From a virus (lineage: Duplodnaviria; Heunggongvirae; Uroviricota; Caudoviricetes): a DNA stretch of 64,000 nt. Location: positions 9,293 to 73,292 of the IMG/VR virus record IMGVR_UViG_3300032144_000001, one strand, 5' to 3'. The notes beneath the pieces were generated by a model. The model did not search any database and was not told the origin of the DNA. It worked only from the letters and a program-made list of their open reading frames with translations. This document shows, one piece after another, positions 48,001-56,813 of the stretch. How positions within the stretch are numbered: position 1 is the stretch's first letter; every line of letters starts with the position of its first letter. A program made the position numbers and the translations under genes.

Positions 48001-49874
48001 ATTCTTATGAAACGATAGATACGGGAACTCAAGTTATATTTGATAACACAACAGAAACTAGTATTACTGTATTTGGAGGAGATACTTTTATTAATAAGTT
48101 CTCTTTTAAAACAAAACTTCCTTTTTTCATTGATAATCGTGTAAATGCTCCTGATGACAGTGATATATTCTATGATGAAATTGGTAATGTAGCTTATCCT
48201 GAATATTGGCATTCTGCTAGATCTATACTATACGATTTTAATCCTGTTGATTTTGATTCAAATCTACCAGATACGGTATTTACTAATATTATATCAATAA
48301 AGGCTCATTTATTAGACTGCCCAAATAATCAGAATCCTAAACCTGATCCAACTTCTACACCTAAAATAGTAAATATAGATAGAACATTTTATGATGGTAA
48401 AATGTATATGTTTGCTTATGGTATACCTACTTTTTATGTGGAGAGTTCTATAAATGTAGACTTAAGACAAGCATTTAACAATAAAGAAGGAGATTTTTAT
48501 CCTCATGTAAGTAGTCAAATACCTGATGAATGGGTGCAGGAAAGTAATGTTCCTATTGCTCAGGATAATACATATTACTATAATTCGACTTACTCTAAAC
48601 AAAATAAAGAAAACTTCTTCTCGCACTTACCTGACGATTGGAGAGATCAATTATGTTTTACTAATTATCCTTTCAGAGCTATCTTTTCAGATTCTCAACA
48701 AAGTTTCACAGATAATAAAGTAAATAGTTGGTTAATATACAGACCTGTGTCTTATTTTGATTTTCCTCAAAATTATGGAAATTTTACATCTATAGATGGT
48801 ATTGATAACAAACAAGTATTGGCTAGATTCCATAACAAATCATTACTATATAATGCTTTATATACTACTCAAACTAATACTCAAGGTCAAGTCTATTTGG
48901 GACAAAGTTTGTTTTCAAAGCAAACACCTCCTTTGGATTTTGCAGAGACTGATCTAGGATATATAGGTTCTCAGCATAAATTTTTATTGAAAATACCACA
49001 AGGTCAAATCTCTGTAGATGCAAAGAGAGGACAGATATTCCTATTATCTGGTAATACTGTTCAGGATATATCAAGATTTGGGTCTGGTATGAATAGATTT
49101 TTAATTAATCATTTACCATTCGAAATACTAAGATTCTTCCCAGAAGTTGACATAGATAACCATTTCAATGGAATTGGTCTACATGGAGTATATGATAATC
49201 AATATGATAGAATTATAATATCTAAACTTGATTATGTTCCTCTATCTGATGATGTTAAATATGATTCTGAATCTAAAGAATTTTACATAGAAAAGAATGT
49301 AAATGATGTAATTTTCAAGGAAATTGTATTTATTCAGGATGTGAATTATTTCTGTAACAAGTCATGGACATTATCCTTTAATTTGAATACTAATAGTTGG
49401 ATTAGTTTTCACAGTTATATTCCAAATTTCTATATAGCTGAAAATAATTTCTTTTATTCAGGATTAAATACAGGATGTGATTTAGAAGCCATAGCTGCTG
49501 TAATAGTAGATCCTCCTACTACTACAACTACAACATCTACCTCAACTTCTACTACAACTACTACTTCTACAAGTACTACCAGTACAACAACAACCACATC
49601 TACTTCTACAAGTAGTACAACTACTACAACTACAACTATTTGTAATAGTTCAGAAAGTGCTGAGGTTGGATTATCTGCATCAGTACCTATCTGTGAAAAT
49701 AACAATACTGTATATTGGGCAGCAGGATTCCTATTTGAGGAAGGAATTTTATTATTCGAAGATGCTTGTTTAACTACACCTTTAGAAGGGTTTGATTATG
49801 TTACTTATGAAGGTACTGTTTATTCTATAATAAATGAATCTGAAGTAGGACCTAGTGAAGGTCCATGTGTATAA
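45042..49874 (+). CDS. giant tail/distal virion protein (1610 aa) with poly-Thr/Ser linker and Cys-containing C-terminal domain
   Basis: Long ORF; PPTTTTTTSTSTSTTTTTSTSTTSTTTTTSTSTSSTTTTTTT linker near the C-terminus. Confidence 0.5.
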   Translation: MAEQEGNIKQENNAARAGMNSDLSTGQIPKGVLSYALNASVENFDSNSISYQNEGGNELCVNLPDGYQLIGSHSIYEQNKHIFFLVNPETGDSEIGYTENNDCLYKTYINSKCLNFSIHYPIHKSVHKITNCTTEIYWTDKRNPRRFLDLSNIPYKTEEVTNSCDVRTLTEIDCNKINVQPNFKIPELEVVDVVNGGNLSAGTVQFAIQYSDVAGNAYTSYYSVTNPLPIANTQITTPDFDYNVGKSVVLNISNIDTTGYFQYFNIAVIKTVNAITSVELIGTYTIEENTKQIVYNGQNQTQIRLTIGDIFEKFPNYEIADDLTSVQDVLVWKGLTSIDRINYQKIANKVKLQWQSYRIPATENYSNELNATNLRSQLRDEVYPYEIAFLISGGKQTDGFHIPGREISISDLSNPDISPSDPDFIDESSSSKPYWKIYNTATVLETDANYIPYSDYKGPYQTGEFAYWESTETYPCNVDIWGELAGKPIRHHKFPDVRVSPIFEALTPETDSSGKYSNLQMQDCAVFPIGVKVNINQIKALIIQSDLTQAQKDAIVGFKILRGNRDVNKSIVAKGILRNVGKYEREGTFYYFPNYPYNDLREDPFLLEKTNAYMSQCNTYRITATVDSVYQYTDCFSNSIKSEPILALDTVTICSLSTPTLDDPEAGTVEEIGYDTYILYAQDSPYDKIRFIYTDYIDGEEKSIDIPIGENRTVKVVVGTKPRAKKIVLIGGTVPQKYAISPTDALNSPSDCYPSNLSAFETEDSKFRHVFNSPETSFGRPFLGDTLKLESVLYGGGKGHFVEVEKNALYKLLSKEAQEDALVSSAKIADKTDPFNSTAMMTAYQSYLQIYINGITRKNYGWSYNSIVDYNYSSIIDNGLGIKQRKLDNVQYLFSGVQSVNEDINFNNFQRESSVYLKTDDDTSALPYPNETFSLLDPFNASLIEDKSRYINSQQDCSQPEKLFDISSVAYYASIKNIIPNQWGQIYSYETIDTGTQVIFDNTTETSITVFGGDTFINKFSFKTKLPFFIDNRVNAPDDSDIFYDEIGNVAYPEYWHSARSILYDFNPVDFDSNLPDTVFTNIISIKAHLLDCPNNQNPKPDPTSTPKIVNIDRTFYDGKMYMFAYGIPTFYVESSINVDLRQAFNNKEGDFYPHVSSQIPDEWVQESNVPIAQDNTYYYNSTYSKQNKENFFSHLPDDWRDQLCFTNYPFRAIFSDSQQSFTDNKVNSWLIYRPVSYFDFPQNYGNFTSIDGIDNKQVLARFHNKSLLYNALYTTQTNTQGQVYLGQSLFSKQTPPLDFAETDLGYIGSQHKFLLKIPQGQISVDAKRGQIFLLSGNTVQDISRFGSGMNRFLINHLPFEILRFFPEVDIDNHFNGIGLHGVYDNQYDRIIISKLDYVPLSDDVKYDSESKEFYIEKNVNDVIFKEIVFIQDVNYFCNKSWTLSFNLNTNSWISFHSYIPNFYIAENNFFYSGLNTGCDLEAIAAVIVDPPTTTTTTSTSTSTTTTTSTSTTSTTTTTSTSTSSTTTTTTTICNSSESAEVGLSASVPICENNNTVYWAAGFLFEEGILLFEDACLTTPLEGFDYVTYEGTVYSIINESEVGPSEGPCV
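49516..49650 (+). repeat. ACT/ACA/TCT codon microsatellite encoding the poly-Thr/Ser linker
   Basis: Direct inspection; a similar tract lies at 38440-38495. Confidence 0.7.
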
Positions 49875-49886
49875 ACTTTATATATC

Positions 49887-50756
49887 TTGAAAACTATAAT
49901 TATAAAGCTTAGTAAAGCAGGGAAGAGGGTTAATAAATTCTCTATAAAAGATAATCTAGGTAACAATATAGCAACAGACGTTGCTAAAAAAGAATTAATC
50001 AAAGGGTTATCTTTTATAGTAGAGGATAATGTTATGTTTGTAACAATATCTTCATCAGATAAACCTTGTTGTTCTTCAGGGATAAAAATTCCAATATCTA
50101 CTATAACTAATCAAGAATTAGCAGATATGGAGTTCACCCCAAAGAATTCATCTTCTATATGGAGCCATTTAACTGATACTACTGTATATAATAGGTATTA
50201 TAATTGTACTTATCCTTATATTATAGAATATCCTTTTTCTTATCAGTTTAAGGATGAAATTCTACAGAATATAAAAGATTATACTAAATCTTATACATAT
50301 CTACCTTCTGAAGATGGAGTATTTGATAATAATAGGAAGATACAAACAGATGATAAGTATTTCAATAAATCTATTATTTATAATGATCAACAATCATCAG
50401 GTATTCTTGAATTAGTTCCTAAGCCAATAAATAATTTAAAAGAATATATGTCTTATCCCAAATTTAATTCTGATAGTAAGACTATTACTTTTACCAAAAG
50501 TGATAATTTCTATCAGTATAATACTTTTTGGGCTATAAATAAAGATAAGTCTGTTCCTCTATTCCTTTCATCTTGTGAATCTCTTTCTATAGATAAAGAA
50601 GTGAATCAAGATAATATGGACTATAGTACAAGATCATTTAGAAAAGCTACTATAAGGGCTAAGGATGTAAAAATTAGACAAATATTGGATAACTCATATA
50701 GCGATCATTTAGTAACTCAATTTATTGTTGCACCTGCTCAAATATCATATAAATAA
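49887..50756 (+). CDS. hypothetical protein (289 aa)
   Basis: ORF track. Confidence 0.45.
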   Translation: MKTIIIKLSKAGKRVNKFSIKDNLGNNIATDVAKKELIKGLSFIVEDNVMFVTISSSDKPCCSSGIKIPISTITNQELADMEFTPKNSSSIWSHLTDTTVYNRYYNCTYPYIIEYPFSYQFKDEILQNIKDYTKSYTYLPSEDGVFDNNRKIQTDDKYFNKSIIYNDQQSSGILELVPKPINNLKEYMSYPKFNSDSKTITFTKSDNFYQYNTFWAINKDKSVPLFLSSCESLSIDKEVNQDNMDYSTRSFRKATIRAKDVKIRQILDNSYSDHLVTQFIVAPAQISYK

Positions 50757-53700
50757 TGGCAAAATTAACCAAATCTAAAGCAGCAGAAATGCTTAAGAAT
50801 CCTCCTCATGGAAAACCTCTTACTAAGAAACAAAAGAAGTATTTTGGTATGATAGCTCATTCTCAAGATGGAAGTTCTATTAATGTGCAGGATATGATTC
50901 AAATGGAAAAATTAAGACTAGCTCTTTTTAACGAAAGAAAGAAAAAAAGGGATTCTTTTAGGTTTGATTTGGAGCATAAATCTCCTAAAGTTAATATAAA
51001 TCAAGCAATGCTTGAGTACTATAAAACCGAACCCAAAGAATATAGTTTAATAGATGAAGATATAGTAGTTCTACCCAAAGAAAGAAAAGAAGCTCTTCTT
51101 AAGGAAAAGAAGAAAGGTGGAGTTATTAAAGATAATATGGGTCAGTATAATCACCCTGGAAAAATAACCCAAATAGATTCCAACAGAATAACAATGAAAG
51201 GAATACCTTATCCTGTAATGGGAGTAGATAATTTAGGTAATCAACAATTAATGCAGCCAGAAGGAGAGTATCTCTTTCCTGGTAAAAAAGTAACAGAATA
51301 TCCCTTAATAGGAAAGAGTATGAAGAAAAGTAAAAAAGCTCAAAACGGAGCAACTTTAGATGAATTTGGCAGAAACACATCTCTAAACTGGACTATTAAT
51401 CCTACTGAGATTAATCCTTATATTAAGGAAAATGCAGAACTTTTAAAAAAGTATGGTGCTGGAGATAGATTTATTATCAATAAAGAGGATATCGAAAGAT
51501 TTCAATCAGGGGATCTACCATCAGATCACAGACTAATGAATCTCTTATCTGGAGAAAGAAGAGAGATATTAAATATCTTTAGAAATAATAAGAACCTAAG
51601 TTCTATAGAGGCTGGTCATACTGATCTTAGAAAACTTCCTAAAACTGTAGTAGGTGGTAAACCTTATGGTACATTAGGTAACAGTGATGTATTTCGTATC
51701 TTTTCGAGTGGTTTCTCAAATGAATCTGAAGTAACTCCAGTTGTTCAACAAGATGGTGATCTTCAACCAATTTTACCTGAAACTAAGAAGTCTGTTACTA
51801 CTAAAACTCCACCTCCTACGAAAGCACAATATTATAATGTAGATGGTAAGGTAAAAGTTAAAGAAACTGCTATAGATCCTAAGCTAGTATCAATGGGATA
51901 TATTCCTACTGGTAAGTATGGTAAGAAAATGAAAGCTCAATTTGGTATGTCTATGGAAGATTTAGTTCCTGGATCTACACCAATTCAATTAGAAAATACT
52001 CAACCTGAAACTACTCAATGGAATACTTCCGGAGGTGGTTATACTCAATTTGGTATGACTCCTCCTATGAACAATCAACCTATTGAATCTCAAGGTGTTA
52101 TTGAAAGTATAGGTGAATCTTTACCTATAGTAGGTAATCTTTTCCAAGGATTTGGAATGATGAAACAACAAAAACAACAGAGACAACAAGCTAAACAAGC
52201 CAGAGCTTTAAGTAAATTAACCAGAAAAGTTTCTGAATTAGAACCTGAGCAAGTTAATAGAAAGTACACAAGACCAGAAGATATTCTTCTTGATGTAGAT
52301 TCTGTTGGCTCTACATATGGTGAAGGTACTAACTTTTTAGCCAAGAACGGAAACACTATTAAAGCTCAATTTGGTAACTTTATACAAAATCAGCAAGTAG
52401 GTAGTCAGTTTGGACAACCTTTTGAAGGATTAGGTTCATGGATTGGTGGTGGACAAGGACAAGCTAGTGGAGAAAGCATGATAGGATCTACATTAGGTAG
52501 TGTGGCAGGATCTTTCTTTGGACCATTAGGAGGAAAGATAGGTGGTGCTCTAGGTGGTGCAATAGGAGGAATAATTGGAGGATCAGGAGCGAGACAACTA
52601 AGAAAAGATCAAAGAGCAACTCAAAAAAACCTTCAAAAAGCAGCCTTGAATCAAGGTATTAGATCTACACAAGGACAATATTCTTCTTTTATGGAAAATG
52701 GTGGAAACCTATCTATGAATGGACAACTGAAGACTTATTGGGGAGGATATGCTGAACCTGTATCTGAAAATCCGTATTTACCTGAAGGAGGAGAAAGTGT
52801 CCTGTTTAAAGGTAATTCTCACAAGAACGGAGGTATAGGAATGACTTTTGGTAATAAACCTGTAGAAGTTGAAGGTGGTGAACCTGCTGTTAAACTAGAA
52901 GATGGAGGATCATTAACTATATTCGGTGATATGAAAATACCTTCATACGGAGTATCTGAATTAAATGACCCTTCTGCAAAAGGTAAGAAATTCAAGAGTT
53001 ATATTAATAATCTTAACAAAGTAGAAGCAAAACAGAATAAAACTATAGATAAAGCAGTTGCTCTTACTGAAGATAATCCTATGAATACACCATTTGACAA
53101 ACTTAAATTGTCGTCCGCTGAAGCTATGATTACTGGAGCTAATATGAAATTAAAAGACATTGCTTTCAAGAAACAAACTGCTTCTACTATCCAAAATGCT
53201 ATTCTAGACACAGCGGATGAGTTAGGTTTAGATAGTTCTAAACTAGCACAAGGTAAAATCAAAAAGGTTAAAAAATCCAATGTTGCTCAATTAGGTAAAA
53301 AAGTACCTTATGGAGTTGGAACAGAAGTTGGAGCACTTGCTGCTGATTATATAAATCAAAACATGCAAGTTTCTGAAGAAAGTCCTGTAGTGGAGGAAAT
53401 TCAAAGAAATAAACAAAAATATGATTGGGAGGGAGATTTAACTGCTCTAACAAATCTAGTATTGCCTTACATAAGACCATCAAATCAGAGTGGACTTGAC
53501 CCTACTCAGTTATCTGGTGAAATGTTAGCTTTGGCAACAAATCAGTTAGAACCAGTACAAGCTCAACTTTACAGTCCTTTATTACAGACTGATGCTAGTG
53601 ATATATCTCTCCAAGATCAATTAAATGCTAATCAGGCTGATTTTAATGCAATTCAAAGACAAACTGGTTATAACCCTGCTGCTCAAGCTGCTCTAGCAGC

Positions 53701-54187
53701 CCAAAAATATGCAGCTAATTCTAACGTTTTAGGGGAACAATTTAGATTGAATCAAGCCCAAAAACAGGCCACTTATAACAAGAATAGGGATATTTTGAAT
53801 GATGCTACCCTTAAGAATCTGGCTATTTTGGATCAACAGTATATTAGACAATCACAAGCTAAGTCTAATACTAAAGCTACTGCACAGGCTGCACTTAACT
53901 CAATTTCTGATAAAATAGCTAAAAATAAGCTAGAAAACAGAACTTTAGGTGTCTATGAAAATCTTTATAATTATAGATACGATAACAAAGGTAGAGCTTG
54001 GAATCTTAATCCTTTAGCTGATTTTAATGTGCAAGGGGAAGACCTTCCTATAATTGATGATTCAGAGGTAACTGAAGATGTATATAGAGATAAATATGGA
54101 GTTATTTCCAAGTCTAGAACTAGAACAAAGACTAAAAACAAGAAGTCTTCAAATGGTTCCTTACTGAAATATGCAAAAGGGTACTAA
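50756..54187 (+). CDS. large virion protein (1143 aa) with glycine-zipper segment; tape-measure or ejection-protein candidate
   Basis: GGGQGQASGESMIGSTLGSVAGSFFGPLGGKIGGALGGAIGGIIGGSG glycine zipper; Gln-rich; size. Confidence 0.45.
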   Translation: MAKLTKSKAAEMLKNPPHGKPLTKKQKKYFGMIAHSQDGSSINVQDMIQMEKLRLALFNERKKKRDSFRFDLEHKSPKVNINQAMLEYYKTEPKEYSLIDEDIVVLPKERKEALLKEKKKGGVIKDNMGQYNHPGKITQIDSNRITMKGIPYPVMGVDNLGNQQLMQPEGEYLFPGKKVTEYPLIGKSMKKSKKAQNGATLDEFGRNTSLNWTINPTEINPYIKENAELLKKYGAGDRFIINKEDIERFQSGDLPSDHRLMNLLSGERREILNIFRNNKNLSSIEAGHTDLRKLPKTVVGGKPYGTLGNSDVFRIFSSGFSNESEVTPVVQQDGDLQPILPETKKSVTTKTPPPTKAQYYNVDGKVKVKETAIDPKLVSMGYIPTGKYGKKMKAQFGMSMEDLVPGSTPIQLENTQPETTQWNTSGGGYTQFGMTPPMNNQPIESQGVIESIGESLPIVGNLFQGFGMMKQQKQQRQQAKQARALSKLTRKVSELEPEQVNRKYTRPEDILLDVDSVGSTYGEGTNFLAKNGNTIKAQFGNFIQNQQVGSQFGQPFEGLGSWIGGGQGQASGESMIGSTLGSVAGSFFGPLGGKIGGALGGAIGGIIGGSGARQLRKDQRATQKNLQKAALNQGIRSTQGQYSSFMENGGNLSMNGQLKTYWGGYAEPVSENPYLPEGGESVLFKGNSHKNGGIGMTFGNKPVEVEGGEPAVKLEDGGSLTIFGDMKIPSYGVSELNDPSAKGKKFKSYINNLNKVEAKQNKTIDKAVALTEDNPMNTPFDKLKLSSAEAMITGANMKLKDIAFKKQTASTIQNAILDTADELGLDSSKLAQGKIKKVKKSNVAQLGKKVPYGVGTEVGALAADYINQNMQVSEESPVVEEIQRNKQKYDWEGDLTALTNLVLPYIRPSNQSGLDPTQLSGEMLALATNQLEPVQAQLYSPLLQTDASDISLQDQLNANQADFNAIQRQTGYNPAAQAALAAQKYAANSNVLGEQFRLNQAQKQATYNKNRDILNDATLKNLAILDQQYIRQSQAKSNTKATAQAALNSISDKIAKNKLENRTLGVYENLYNYRYDNKGRAWNLNPLADFNVQGEDLPIIDDSEVTEDVYRDKYGVISKSRTRTKTKNKKSSNGSLLKYAKGY

Positions 54188-54275
54188 TCTATTTAATTAT
54201 ACTACCTTACTAATCTTAATTATAAGATTTGGTAATTATAACAATTTAAATTAAATTTGCTAATTATAACATCTA

Positions 54276-56813
54276 ATGGCGTCTTTTACAGATCATTTAC
54301 CAATTTTTAACGAATACGTACAACAGCAACCTGTTGAGGCTATGCTCCAAGTTGGAATGCAGAAGCAAGCTAGGTATGATGAAGGTGTTCAGAAGATTCA
54401 GTCACAAATTGATAAAGTGGCTGGAATGGATGTTGTTAGAGATGTGGATAAACAATATCTTCAGTCAAAACTTAATACTTTAGGAGGAGATCTTAGAAAG
54501 GTTGCCGCTGGTGACTTTTCTAATTATCAATTAGTTAACTCAGTAGGTGGAATGATCAATTCTATAGGTAAAGATAGAAATATACAGAATGCTGTAGGTT
54601 CTACTATGCGCTATAGAAAAGGTATGTTAGACATGGAAACAGCTATAAAAGAAGGTAAGTCTTCACCTTCTAATGAATATGATTTTAACAAAAGAGCGCA
54701 AGAATGGTTATCTAATCCTGATGTAAAATCTACTTTTAACTCATCGTACAAGCCATATACTAACTGGAAAAAGAATGGATTAGAAGTACTTAAGTCTTTA
54801 ACTAAAGATGAAAGTATTACAGAAGATGCTTTTACTCTAGATTCTAGGGGTAATTTAGTTATAGCAGATGCAACAGTTAAAAAGAAACTAGCTGGTATTT
54901 CACCTGAAAAAGTACAACAAGCCTTATTAGTTGGTTTAACTCCTGCTGATTTCCAACAAATGGAAATGGATGGTGTATATAGTTATGCTAATCTTGACAG
55001 ACAACAATTTCTTGGTGGAGTATCAGAAGCCCATAGAAACACAATAGATTTCTACGAAGGACAGAAAAAAATACTGGAAAATGCTAAATCTTCAACAACT
55101 TCTGTTATTGAGAAGTCCAGACTAGATGACCAAATATCAGCCCTAAATAAAGTTATTAACAATGTGTCTGGTGATTATGAAAATATAGCTAGTGAGATTG
55201 CTACTGGTAATCTTGATGCTGCTAAAGCTCAATATTTTACCAGAAAGTCATTAGATGGTTTTGCTAAAGCCTTCTCTTATACAGAGGTGGCTCAGACATA
55301 TGAAGATAGTCCCTTTGCTAAAGCTGCTCAATGGAGAGCAGAGCAAAATATGAGATGGAAAGAGTTCATGTTAAAATATGAACAAAATGAAAGGGGATTA
55401 AAACTCAAGGAAAAAGAGAATAAGTTAAAAGAAAAAGAACTAGAAGGATATGGAGGTTTACCTGTGGGAGTTCCACAAGATCAATTACCTGCGTATACCT
55501 TAAATAAAGTAGTTGAAGAAGTTAATACTAAAAAAGCTACAATTGATGCTCTTGACAACAGATTCATGACTTCTCAAGGTAAGGATCAACAATGGCTAAA
55601 TCAACAGAAATTAGCATGGGAAAAATCACCAACTAGTGTATCACCTATAGTTGCAGAACATTTTAATATAACTGAAAGAATGAGGAGAGAAGCTTTGGCT
55701 GATTCTATCATGGTCACAGATATTGAAAAGGAAGCTGAACGTATATATGGAACAATAGATCAGTATATACCCAATAATACTCCTATAGTATATACTAAGG
55801 GTAATACAAAACATGTTTATACACCTAGGGATTTTGTTGATTTTAACACAAAATTCCCCTCATATGTAAGGGGAGTTTCTAGAGGTGGAGCAGCATCTTA
55901 TGATGTTGAAAAGGCTAAAAGAGAACTTACACCAAAAGAATATCATTTGTTTGAGGTATTATCAGGAACTAAAAAATTAGATCAAGCAGACAAAACATTA
56001 CTTCAAACTATTCAGGACTATAATAAAGAAGTAAATTTACCTTATAATCAAGTACTTGATCAGATTAATAAGTTCACTTCTGACGAAGTGACCAAGAGAG
56101 TTACTTGGAATCAAGGCGTTGCGTATGGTTTACCAACTGGTAACGCTGCACAGAAAGCAACTATAGCTACTACATTAATTCAGTTTGCTGATAAAGCAGA
56201 TACTATGACAGGAGGGCTTCCTAATTCTCCTAACTTTGATTCAGAAACTGCTAGAAAATTAGCCACAGAAGATGCTAAATACTCGCTTACTGTAGTAGAA
56301 GGAACTGAAAGACAACCTATCATGTACGAAATGAATGTATCTGGTGCAGCAGGTAATGTAAAGTTTAAAATTACTCCTGAAGAGAAAAATTCAATTTTTG
56401 GTTCTATGTTTAATTCTTCTCCTGAAGTACAAGCTGCTAAACCATATATAGATCAAATGATGAAAATGGGGGGTTATAGTACTGCTTTAACTCCTGGAGA
56501 ATCAACTCCTGAGAACTCTTATCTATCTAAAATAGATTTTCCAAGTGTAAATATTTATGGAGTAAAAGCTAATATTGTTACACTTCAACCTGGAAGCGGA
56601 AGATATAGTATTAAACTTAGTGTCTATGATCCTGTAAAGAAAATTTGGCATAATGATATTGATTATCCAAAAGGAGGAATGATAGCAGAAAATGCTATTG
56701 CTCCTGCTTTAAAACAGCTAAATGATGCGTATATTTACGAAATTTTGAATGAAACTCCTGCTACGGAGAATGATTTGAAAAGAGTAGAAATTGAATCGAA
56801 AAAACCTTTATAA
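54276..56813 (+). CDS. large hypothetical virion protein (845 aa)
   Basis: ORF track. Confidence 0.5.
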   Translation: MASFTDHLPIFNEYVQQQPVEAMLQVGMQKQARYDEGVQKIQSQIDKVAGMDVVRDVDKQYLQSKLNTLGGDLRKVAAGDFSNYQLVNSVGGMINSIGKDRNIQNAVGSTMRYRKGMLDMETAIKEGKSSPSNEYDFNKRAQEWLSNPDVKSTFNSSYKPYTNWKKNGLEVLKSLTKDESITEDAFTLDSRGNLVIADATVKKKLAGISPEKVQQALLVGLTPADFQQMEMDGVYSYANLDRQQFLGGVSEAHRNTIDFYEGQKKILENAKSSTTSVIEKSRLDDQISALNKVINNVSGDYENIASEIATGNLDAAKAQYFTRKSLDGFAKAFSYTEVAQTYEDSPFAKAAQWRAEQNMRWKEFMLKYEQNERGLKLKEKENKLKEKELEGYGGLPVGVPQDQLPAYTLNKVVEEVNTKKATIDALDNRFMTSQGKDQQWLNQQKLAWEKSPTSVSPIVAEHFNITERMRREALADSIMVTDIEKEAERIYGTIDQYIPNNTPIVYTKGNTKHVYTPRDFVDFNTKFPSYVRGVSRGGAASYDVEKAKRELTPKEYHLFEVLSGTKKLDQADKTLLQTIQDYNKEVNLPYNQVLDQINKFTSDEVTKRVTWNQGVAYGLPTGNAAQKATIATTLIQFADKADTMTGGLPNSPNFDSETARKLATEDAKYSLTVVEGTERQPIMYEMNVSGAAGNVKFKITPEEKNSIFGSMFNSSPEVQAAKPYIDQMMKMGGYSTALTPGESTPENSYLSKIDFPSVNIYGVKANIVTLQPGSGRYSIKLSVYDPVKKIWHNDIDYPKGGMIAENAIAPALKQLNDAYIYEILNETPATENDLKRVEIESKKPL

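Noticed and set aside
27993-53483. Numerous minus-strand ORFs of 60-175 aa inside large plus-strand genes (for example 31221..31571, 34461..34982, 49454..49705, 52999..53280)
   Set aside because: They are antisense to long, well-supported ORFs. The Val/Ser repeats at 49454 are the mirror of the poly-Thr microsatellite.
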